DNA from: Gnetum montanum
Taxonomy: Eukaryota > Plantae > Gnetophyta
DNA length: 64,000 bases
NCBI GenBank assembly: GCA_015680685.1
Contig: MNCI01000003.1
Span: 666,193-730,192 of the forward strand
Direction: 5' to 3'
Part shown: positions 28,700-38,591 of the stretch, in pieces
Layout of the letters: every line of letters begins with the position of its first letter
How positions within the stretch are numbered: position 1 is the stretch's first letter
Notes under the pieces: generated by a model
Told to the model about the DNA's origin: nothing
Seen by the model: only the letters and a program-made list of their open reading frames with translations
Databases searched by the model: none
Translations under genes and position numbers: made by a program

Positions 28700-29270
28700 C
28701 AAAGAGCAAATGTCAACATTGTCTTTTAACAATGTTCATTTCCTTAGGAGCAAGGCTAAGGCTTAACCAAATTCAAGAGTGGATTATAACAAAATGGAAT
28801 GGTCTTGCTACCTAGGTTAGTACACTTCATGCAAGCCTTATTCACTTTGACTTTACCTTGTCTAAGGCAAGGGACAAGTTTCTTACTAAGAAGCCATGGT
28901 TTCTTGGAATGTAAGAGCTTGCTCTTGCTATGTGGTATCCTAGGATGCAGTTTAATCCAAACATATTTCAATGAATTTCTATATGGATTTGCATCCTAAA
29001 CTACTTCATGGAGTTATGTAAGAACAACCTCCTCTCACAAGTTATTGAGGGCTTTAGAAAATTGGAAAAGTTTAACAATGCAATGATCAACATGTCCAAA
29101 ATGGTCCTTGCTAGATTTTGTGTCTAGATGCCATTGTAAAGGGCCTATGAAGTTATCCACACAAAGTTTAAAAAGTAAATGGAATTCTTAAAAGTAGAAT
29201 AGAAAAAACTCCCCACTAAGTGCACAGCTTCTGGGAATATCGAACACAAAGATGAGGCATACATTCATGG
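28700..29270 (+). pseudogene. Plant L1 LINE ORF1 relic (DUF4283-like region plus zinc knuckle)
   Basis: IQEWIITKW..IHFDF..RDKFLTKKPWFLG..LALAMWYP..ISIWICI..LARFCV..KVE*KKLPTKCTASGNIEH follows the typical L1 ORF1 motif order. Confidence 0.7.
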
Positions 29271-29340
29271 GCCAAGTCTTTGCTCACTTTGGAAAACCCA
29301 ACCATAACTGACAAACTACAAACCCAAGCCAACATATATG

Positions 29341-29418
29341 CATTACCCACCAAAATTGAACCCATGAATTGGAGCTTTCATAACAAGAGTCTTAGCACTA
29401 GGCTAACACCTCAATGTT
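29341..29418 (-). mobile_element. tRNA-like short repeat family 1 copy
   Basis: Reverse complement gaggtgttagcctagtgctaagactcttgttatgaaagctccaattcatgggttcaatt with A-box and B-box-like motifs; related copies at 35465(+), 35792(+), 35915(-), 37325(-), 54888(+). Confidence 0.65.
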
Positions 29419-30239
29419 AAGAAAGCATCAATTAGGCTGGAATGCTACCTTGACTAACCAAGATAGAATAAGAAAAGATCCGAAAGCTAGCATATCTTGC
29501 AAATCCTCTATTGTGGAACTTGAGCTTGGGTTTTTGTGCCTTCGAACCAAGTGGTTGCACCCAATGCCATAATTCTAGTTCAACAAATGGCATATAGGAA
29601 TTCATATAGTTGCTCCATGTAGTTAGGATAAGTTTAAGATGATGATGATGATAGATGGCTTAAGTGGTTAGTTCATTATCTTGTTAGGCATTAAGTTTGA
29701 GTTTAAGTTATAGTTAAAGTTGCATTATAATCCACTATAATTCTTCTAATGTATCCTATTGGCTATATGTCTTGGGGTGTACTTTTAATTAAATTATTTT
29801 GGATTCTAATACTCCTCCTTTGTAGGATGCAAACCCCACACCTTGATACATAGTATTAAAGGCAAGCAACTATGTGTACATAAAAGAGAAACTATTATCA
29901 AAGCTTTTAGATGAAATCCTAAGTAATGATGGCTTGTACTAAAGCAAGGAGGCATCAAAAACCTTGACAATATTTACCTTCAAAATATTTAGACAAAGTA
30001 GAACTTTGTTTATAATTGAGCATTGATAATTTGAAGCTTCCAGATGGAAAGTCCTATCACTAAGCTAGTACCTCAAATAACATAATTTAAAAGTAATTTA
30101 GAGTACTATAATAATCATTAATTTAAATCTTATATTATACTATTTCAAAATATGCATTTCTATAATTGAAGCATACCCTTATATTAGCAATTAATGATAC
30201 ATAGCTCATTTACTTAAAAGTTAAAGAATATAGTTGTGG

Positions 30240-32203
30240 TTGCAGTAGCCGTAGGTTAGAGCCCAATAAAGCTATGTTGAGGAGTGACGTGAAAAATTAC
30301 TAGTTCAAGGACCATAGAAATCCTCCGACAATAAAAGATTGATCCTGACGATATGGGTTTTGTATGCTTCTATTGACAAGTTAATGGGCGGGAAGAAAAA
30401 AACAGTTTCGAAAGCAGCACACAGAACGCCCTTTACCAAAACCCGACCGGAACGGTAAGCAATGAAACGGTGCCCTCTTCAGTGACATCTTCCGCTGGCC
30501 ATGGAGATGCCATTCCCATATCCCACCACCCTGCAGGCCATGATACGAAATACGCTACATTCTACGTATTCAGCCATACTTGAATGCATCCTCCATGCAT
30601 GCCATCGGGCTGCCCTTTAAGAAGCGTGGCGATTCACAAACTACAGGCGCCTGCGTTATAAGGTATTTCCGTTCGGTGTCTGGAACACCAGTTAATATAA
30701 CAGTGAAATCAGGTGCATACGTGATTGGTTGGTTGGTCAAGGTAGCCGTTACGAGCAGAAATCAGGGTGGCAAATGAAACAATACAAAATACGGCATGGC
30801 AGCCAGTACTCCTGCTGGCACTGGCAGGGAAGCAAATTGGAGCGTACTGTGGAAGTGCTGAAACGAAGATCGGATACTATAGGTTTGTCGGTTAAACGAA
30901 AATATTTTACCTATCAAGATTCACGGCCACCCGTCGCATTGACTAGAGACTTTGCGTTTCCGAAGTCTCAGAGAGAACTACCAGTCATTTGCCACAAACA
31001 CTTGACATTAGATTCTTCTCCGATATTCCTAGGAAGCAGAAACGTGACATGTGATATGACGAAACCATTGTCGGTAAAGCTTCACGTATGTCGTCCGATA
31101 ATTTGCTCTTCCAACAGTATTTCTGTGTTCTACTCTGGATGAGTATGGATACTGAAATTTACAAAGTGAAGTTGTTCGGACAATACGTTCACCCGTTCAC
31201 GTCTTGCCTCGACGGATCGACGTTAGCATCGGCCATTGGCTCTCAGCTGTCGACTCCGCTTCCGTCGTTTGCCAGGCCTTAGGTCGCACGGCCAAAGGGA
31301 TATCTGCGTCACACGCTATGGCTCACAGACACTTCGTTTGAAGTGGCGACAACTTTACTAAATTATATGGTTCTGCTTTTTTCGACAGAAATAAAAGATT
31401 CATAAATGATAACAGGAGTGGCGATGCCTCGTAACAAGACGTCGGAACTAGATTCCAGGTACGTCTATTGTTTTTGCACATATTCGCTTTGACCTGATCC
31501 AAACCGAAGGAACTTTGCAACGGACTTGGTTGAAACGGAACGGGTGCAACAGAATCAACGACTTCAAACTTAACATGATTTCGTAAAAACTTTAAAGGAC
31601 GGGTTGCAGAGCGCTCCAAGGGCTATCCGGCAGAATCAATTATGCTTATTCTTTGTGCCTTTCCTACTTCTGACTCTAACGTTAATCCCTCTGCCCTCCT
31701 CAAAAGAAAAGCGTAATCCCTCTGCAAACGAAATGAAACCTCCTTAAACTGTAATGATTAATCCTTAATTTCCTGTATCTTGATTGTGACTTTTAAGTTT
31801 TAAGGGCAGACAGACTTTACAGCATGCTTCATGCTTGTAACTTATGCTTTCTATTGTAACTTCAGGCAGTGACGCTTACATGATTCCTTAAAGTTTAAAC
31901 GATGACTATATAATAATTATTAGAGCTCTGAAGAAACTATAGCAATAAGTGCAAACCTTATGTCAAAGGCAAGGATACTAATCATTGATATGAATCGATA
32001 TGAATCATGCATTTCCGTTCGAAGTTCGAACGTTAACATTAGTTACGTGATTTAATTTGGCGAAAATTACACAACTTCGGAAATTTTCAGGCTAGTCAGT
32101 TAAGTCCAGGCGAAATCTAATAAAAGCGGAGTTCAAAAAACATGCATTGATTTTCATCATATTAAATAAAGAAGCCGTTCGCATAGGGTTTGCAGTCAAA
32201 TAC
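30240..32203 (-). promoter_or_regulatory. CpG-retaining, TE-free 5' part of MADS intron 1; putative intronic cis-regulatory region
   Basis: Abrupt change from CpG-depleted to CpG-rich sequence near 30240; TGTCGG x3, CCATTGG, RY motifs, telobox. Confidence 0.55.
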
Positions 32204-32385
32204 CTGGAACTCGCATACTCGTAAAGCTTGCCAGTGTTGGAAAATATGATGACGGCGACCTCCGCGTCACACAGAACCGAGAGCTCGTGCGCCTTCTTCA
32301 GCAGTCCCGAGCGACGCTTGGAGAACGTAACTTGGCGGCTGCTAGTGCACTCGATTTTCTTCATCTCGATCTTTCCTCGTCCCAT
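32204..32385 (-). CDS. MIKC-type (type II, MEF2-like) MADS-box transcription factor, coding exon 1 (MADS domain)
   Basis: [60 protein letters not shown]; ATG at 32385; donor TCC AG|gtattt gives a 182-nt phase-2 exon typical of MIKC genes. Confidence 0.97.
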
Positions 32386-32404
32386 GTTCGTTCCCTTCCC
32401 TCTT

Positions 32405-32759
32405 CTATCACAGACGCAAACCAAAAAAATCGCGTAAGAGAATTTTAGTCATTTTACAGCTGCATATTTTGGTGCAATTACTAGCAGATACAGCGAAGAT
32501 CTGCAGCATTTGCGAAAGCATCCTCGGATACCTAAATAACCTAAGGATCTTGCCCGCAGGTCTGCGATGCGCCAGAAAAACAGCCATAAACGGCAAACGC
32601 CGGACATTTCAACATTATTACGAGAAAAGCGGCCGCTCAGGCTTTAGACGACCAAAGAAACGAATTAACGGAGCCAGAAACGGCCAGATTTACAGAAAAA
32701 AAGAAAAGAAAAGGAACATGCGTCGAAAGCGAACCGGAGAAGCAGTGAAATTTACTTAC
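32405..32759 (-). other. Putative 5'-UTR intron of the MADS gene (355 nt)
   Basis: Strong donor GAGTAG|gtaagt at 32759; acceptor atttttttggtttgcgtctgtgatag| ending 19 nt before the ATG (alternative ctgcag near 32501). Confidence 0.7.
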
Positions 32760-32805
32760 CTACTCAGGCCTGGCCTGCGCGTGCAGGGCTTCGCTGCGGC
32801 AGTTG

Positions 32806-32976
32806 CTAGAAGAAGGAAGGAGTGGAGGCAAAGCTAAGCTGAGCGAGCAAGTGAACGGCTGAAGTTTTCCGCGGATTAAAGCGGAAATGGCACATACAGC
32901 AGCGGCAGCAACAGCACCACACAGAAGAGATGCGTTCGAGATCTCCGAGGTGTGAGGCAAGAAGGTTGTTGAGCAT
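32806..32976 (-). CDS. Putative upstream ORF (56 aa, Cys-rich) in the leader exon
   Basis: ATG 32976 to TAG 32806-32808: MLNNLLASHLGDLERISSVWCCCCRCCMCHFRFNPRKTSAVHLLAQLSFASTPSFF. Valid only if the TSS is near 33015. Confidence 0.3.
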   Translation of the reverse strand: MLNNLLASHLGDLERISSVWCCCCRCCMCHFRFNPRKTSAVHLLAQLSFASTPSFF

Positions 32977-32994
32977 ATTTTCTTTGAGATTAAA

Positions 32995-33050
32995 AGCGAG
33001 ACGGAAGAGAGAGGGACGGGCGCTGTCCGTATGGTGTGGGACATATAAGC
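32995..33050 (-). promoter_or_regulatory. Putative core promoter of the MADS gene (TATA-like element plus Y-patch)
   Basis: cTTATATgt at 33043-33048, followed ~30 nt downstream by ccctctctcttccgtctc. Confidence 0.5.
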
Positions 33051-33228
33051 GCAGCAATCCACAGAATCCAGCAGCGATTGGAATTTTAGACCGCGGTCAT
33101 TGTTGATGACTTGATGCTGCTCTTCTCTGCGTTGCGTGGCGTGGCGTTGCTTGAGTTTCCGCTTTTAACTTTCATCTTTCAACTTTGAATTGAATCGAAG
33201 TATGAGAAGGCGCACACTAGCTGTCTCA

Positions 33229-33246
33229 GGCCCAGGCCCAGGCCCA
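33229..33246. promoter_or_regulatory. Three tandem site II elements (GGCCCA/TGGGCC, TCP-type)
   Basis: ggcccaggcccaggccca ~200 bp upstream of the predicted TSS. Confidence 0.5.
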
Positions 33247-33459
33247 AGCACAGTTGCAGCAGCAGCGGGCCTGGCCGCTTTTAAGGATTCCGTAGTCTTC
33301 TCTGGTCTTCAGCAAAGGCCTCTGTCTGCTGCCTGCTGCCTGCGTCGTGTCCTTAATATTTGGAGCCAGATTCCTCAGACTTCTCTGCTCTATAGTCCAT
33401 ACAAAATATATATTATCATCATGCCGTATGCAGTTATCCTTATCATGTGGCGCTTCCGA

Positions 33460-33506
33460 TCCATCAGCATCCGCATCCGCATCCGCATCCGCATCAGCAT
33501 CCATCC
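33460..33506. repeat. (GCATCC)n hexamer microsatellite
   Basis: catcagcatccgcatccgcatccgcatccgcatcagcatccatcc. Confidence 0.9.
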
Positions 33507-35087
33507 AAGTACGATCTGTGAACTACTAGTGGCAAAGATGCTTTCGCTACACAAACGTTATTGCTCTCTGAGATCTTGGCACATACAGGCCCGCGAATCC
33601 CAGAATTCGAAGGCAGAACCTACCAATCCTGATGGTGAGCTGACAGAACAGAACAGCCTTCACTAAAGCACGGATATTTTTTGTTTGTTTTTGTATTTTG
33701 TTTTTTCCAGTATCCTTTTTGTTTCTCTATGTTCAATAACAACAGATTGTTCTGAAAATACATAGAAAGTTCTATAAAAGATAAAAGAGATACGCAGTGA
33801 TTTATAGCGAATTCAGATGGGTAAATCCTAAAGATCTTCACAGTCTTTTAAAGACAGTTTGCTTGCCATGAAAATTGAGGTATACATTATTATATTATAT
33901 TCTCGTGTTTGATTGTAGTTTTTAGTTTGCACTTCCTTAGGCACATCCCAGCTGACAATATTTACCTTTCACTTTTCTTTAGAAAAAAATATCGTGCCTT
34001 TCACTTTAAAAGCGAGTAATAAGCCATGAGAAGTGGGAAAAATGTTACGCAGGTAATAACGTACTTTCTAGTTGATGGAAGCTAAGGATGTAGTTCATAG
34101 TTGCCGGATGTTTCTTCTCATGTCATTATTTATATATGATTACATGAGTTAATGTCATGGATAACTTAAATACCAACTAAGATCTCTAAAAACTTTTTTT
34201 TTTTTTTAATTTTACCCGAAGTCTTAGCAAAACCAATAACCAAAAAACGTAAAAAAAAAAAGGAAGATATTCTATTTATTAAAAATGTATTTTTTATTAA
34301 TTTTTTTATTTTTTAAATTTAAAAAGTACATTACAGCTTTTTTGAAAAACATTAAACAAATTTAAGCTTTTGTTTTGTATTTTGCACGTACGAAAAAGGT
34401 GAATAGGGTTAAGCAAATATATATTGTTTTAGGAAAGAGGAAAAATAGAGAACTTAGTAAAGTGTAGATTTAGTTGAAGTGGTTAAGGAAAATAAAAATT
34501 AAAATGGGTGCTTGTTAAAATATTTCAAAAGACATGATCAACTTAGGGTTCTTTAGGCATATATTCTTTAGTCCATTTTTGATTTTATAATATAACACTC
34601 TAATCCGTTTAGATGTCTTGGAAGAAAAATCTAAATATATACTTTAATACTTAGAAAAATTTGTATATTTCTATAAAGCCTTAAAAGGTCATATTTTCAC
34701 CACCAATCTAATACTTATTTACGTGATACAGCATTAAATCTATTTATAATTAAAGCTTTCATTCCTTGTTTGGCTATTGCATTGTTCATATCAAGTCTAC
34801 AAATTCATATTCTTAATTCAATAGCTAAACCATAATTATGAATTGTAGTCTAAATTATCTTCATCAACAATGTAAGAAGAGCTTATTTGGTGTTTGGAAA
34901 TACCAATGTAATGTGGTATATAAGAAAGCTTTTTAACATGTTTCATTTTTAATTAAAACTAATCATTACCTACAACATTTCAACTATAATGCTATTTGTT
35001 ATCCCTCTAATCCTTGAAAAATCAATTGCAAATGATTAGGAATATCTTGCAAAAAATAATATACAAGCTCTTGGGAGGGACCACCAC

Positions 35088-36295
35088 TTAGAGTGATGAT
35101 ATATTATTTTTCAAACTGTAACACCTAGGTTGGAGCTTGAGGTTGGGCTTTCGCTCATCCACTGTCCTAATAGGACCTTGCCTTGGTGGGATGAGCATTG
35201 AGCCTTTGGTTGACGATCCTTTTTATGGATGGTAGCTAGCTTAGCTATTTATTTATGATATATATCTATAATTTGATGAGGAGGTTCTTTATTGTCCACA
35301 AGGAGTAAGATGTTCGTATCAAAAATTTCACCTTCTAAACAAAAAACAAGGTTTAATCATTATTTGAAGGGATAAGTTTGTGCATCATCCATGGTACATT
35401 CTTACTCTCGATTGATCACAAACCCAAAGTTGATATATTTGTGTATTGATATATTTTTAAATAATGAAATGTTAGCCTAGTGAAAAGACTCTTGATTTGA
35501 AAGTTGCAAGTCATGGGTTGGACCAATATTACAATTATTTTGAGGTTTCAATACCCCCACCTATATTGATATATTTTTATAAATATATATATAAGGGGAA
35601 GTTGTTTGTTTCTCAAGTCATAGACTTGGGTTTGAACCTTGGAGTAGCCACTCAAAGAAGTTAGGCTTTCACTCATCTACCAAATATTTTGGGACCCCAC
35701 TTGACAAGATGAGCATTGTGGCTCCAAGTGATGATACTTATATAGGAGGAGAAGGTGTTGGAACTAGAAAATTTTTTTAACAATATTTTAACAATGAGGC
35801 ATTAGCCTGGTGGTATGGCTCTTGGCCTGCTAACCCTAGGTAGCCTTGAGTTATAAACTTATATAAATCTTAAGGTGTACCTATGTTTCCATTATTTCAA
35901 GTTCCAACACTCCCACATTACTTGCTCATCCAAATTGAATTTATAACTTGGAGCCTCCAAATGAGAAGTCTTACTACTAGGTTAACACCTCATTGATAAA
36001 AGACATTTTTTCTTACTTTATCATAATATTTACCTAATTTTTTTTTAAAAAAAGTTATAGCTCTTAACTTGAATTAAAGCTAAAATGGTGGTTTTTTAAT
36101 CATTAATTTTTTATCAATGGTAAGAATAGTCATTTCAAGTGATGGTTAAGTGCTTGTTTCTCAAGTTAAAAAGCTGGGTTCTAATGTGGGTGTAGTCACT
36201 TGAAAAGATTAAACTTTTGCTGATTTGTCAACACTCCTAGAGATGAACACTACCAACTATCTTGGGGATGAACATTGGAGCTCTAAGTGAATCTT
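35088..36295 (+). mobile_element. Cluster of short interspersed repeats: family 2 at ~35090-35220, ~35600-35737 and ~36138-36293, with family 1 copies between
   Basis: Shared ttgtttctcaag..gggttY..gtagYcact..ggctttYgctcatc..gatgagcattg..ctccaagtg; a fourth copy on the minus strand at ~37500-37670. Confidence 0.65.
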
Positions 36296-36379
36296 CTTTT
36301 AATTTCTTATTAATGACAACTACCATAACAACAATCAGATGCCTATTTACAATAGCTCTAAAATTGTAAAGCTTAGCTC

Positions 36380-38420
36380 AAGTTGCACAACAAAGAGGCA
36401 TCTACGCGAAGAGGCTGAATACTAAGCCTCCCATGATCCCCATCAAAAGAACGACCACAACGAAAAAACATAGCCCAGGCTAGTACGATGGATAAACAGT
36501 TGTATGGCGCACACATATATGCTAATGCTTGCATTTTAGCTGCTGATGCATGACAGTTTAGTTAGTTAATGAAGATACATGTATGACGTGTAAGTGGGCA
36601 AGCGGAATTAAAGTGTCGGCGGGCATGACAGTGCCAATGCGAATTTAGGGAACGGGCACGGCAAGGCACATCAGTCCGCAAAAGCGACAGCCCATGACAC
36701 CGACGCCACATATACGGTACCACTATTGTTCCATAGTGCTGCGCCACCGCCCATATCCACATTGACATGGCCCATGTAAAACTGAACAAAGGATAAACGG
36801 AACGGAACGGCGCAAACCGTAAGGCTATACTTCCGTTGCCTGCCTGCCTGCGCTGCAGTACGCTGTCTGCCAAACGGACTGCCGTTTCTGACATGCATGC
36901 ATGCATGCATGCATTATGATGGTCATCGCATTGCCGAAGCATGAATCATGTGCATGTGCATCATACGCATGGGCGTGGCCGTCCTCCGGACGAGCGAGCC
37001 ACAGAGACTGCACATGAGTGTGAAAGTGCGACTGTGAGCGTGGAATCAGGATCAGCGTAAATGATGACGCAGGTACGCCGTCCTGTGAATACGCCACGTC
37101 AGACGCCGTGTCGCTCCCCTTCGTCTTCTTCTTCCTTCTCTAATAATCATGTGTTATTGGCCATTCGGTAGCTACCCCACCGTCGCTCTTTCTTCGGCGC
37201 AAATGCCTTTCGTCTTTTGCTTGCTTAGTGCGAATGGGTAATTTTGGAACGATGGTAAATATATGTACCATGCTCGGGATGGTAGTTTAATCAGAATTTT
37301 GGAATTCAGCATTGTTTATGAAGAATCGAATCTATGACTTGGAGCTTTCAAATCAAGAGTCTTTACCACTAAGCTAACACCTTGTTGCTAAAACATATCA
37401 TTTAAGATTTTAATTTCATGTACATGACTAACCATAGTAAGCAAAGGTCAAATCTTATATTTACCTTAATGAGTTAACTTGGATATATGTATCATGCAAG
37501 TCTACCACTTGGACATTCAATGCTCATTTAGTAGGGAGGTTCAATGCCCATTTGATAAATAAAGTGCTAAGAAGATTAGTAGATAAGCAAAAACCCAATC
37601 TCTTTTTAATCGCTACACTCAATGAATTGAAGTTCGAGTACTTTAGAAACAAACACCTTACCATCCCTTAAAATAATGTCCCCGCACCTATTTTTCTTTC
37701 CTATAAATGCTAAATTTACCCGTTTTTACTAGAAAAATAAATAAATGGTCTAATACGTTTTCAGGCCTATACAAGTTTATGTAGCGGCCAAACGCCCATG
37801 ATTCTACCAATATTGCATATACACGTGTACACATCCATCCATGGTGGGATTGAACTGTAGAGAGGAGAGGAGCGGAGTGGAGCCATTTACGCATCATATA
37901 GGCTCTTTGCGATTGGACGGTTCGGCCACTGTTATGACCCACCATCTACCGCCAGCCACGTCAGCAGGAAAGACACAAAAGTTTTCATGTCCGCTATAAC
38001 TGTATCATTACTGGGTGTCGTGACAAAGATGATTATATTGCCTACCGACTAATCCATGCCTGCCTGTGCCTGCGTTTCATATGTAGATTAGATTGCAGTC
38101 CAACGCAATACAAATGTAGCGGCAGAAGACGTGTCAGGGGGAGCATCAGTTTTCTTTTGGTCCAGAGTTTTTTCATCTGATGCGACATTGCAGGGCCCAC
38201 GTCTCAGGCGTAGGCCAATTCCAACCTAGTATTTTCCGCACAGCTGAAAAATGCTATCAACTACCACGACGCCCCTAATTGCCAAAGGAGATTATGGGTT
38301 CGCAGGGGCCGTAATGTTTTGCAGGTTGTCAACTGCATTATATAAGCTCAGATTTATGAAAGCACCACGCTGTAGTTTGGTATGACATCGGCTGCAGTGG
38401 GTGAATTTGTGATGTATAAT
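36380..38420. promoter_or_regulatory. Second CpG-retaining non-coding island, 3.4-5.4 kb upstream of the MADS TSS; putative distal enhancer
   Basis: (CATG)5CAT at 36892-36914, GCCACGTCAG x2, TACACGTGTA, GACGTGTC, GGGCCCAC; no credible ORF. Confidence 0.5.
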
Positions 38421-38497
38421 TATAAAAATCCATATGCATATGTCCCTTTCACAAGAGCCTATTCTTTCACATCTTTATCTTTGAAGGGAGGGGAGAC

Positions 38498-38591
38498 AGC
38501 CTTTTAACTTATGGAGCATTCCATCAAGACGAAAAAATCTCTCTTTCACGAGAGGGAATAGCCTTTAACCCATGGAGCATTCCATCAAGAC
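38498..38591. repeat. Short direct repeat (two ~33-bp copies)
   Basis: agcct(t)ttaacYYatggagcattccatcaagac at ~38498 and ~38560. Confidence 0.8.

Noticed and set aside
32092-32424. 110-aa ORF taken as a complete single-exon (type I or microProtein) MADS gene
   Set aside because: The N-terminal extension starts at a non-ATG codon within the predicted UTR intron, and the tail after YASS is intron read-through; a canonical donor and a matching exon 2 exist
33190-33666. 158-aa ORF and overlapping DADADA/SASASA/RIRIRI ORFs
   Set aside because: Open frames come from GC-rich promoter sequence and a hexamer microsatellite; no recognisable domain
36562-37097. Overlapping ORFs (MHACMHAC...) or a MIRNA precursor
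   Set aside because: Frames arise from CATG repeats; I found no match to conserved plant miRNAs I can recall and no long hairpin by eye (folding not computed)
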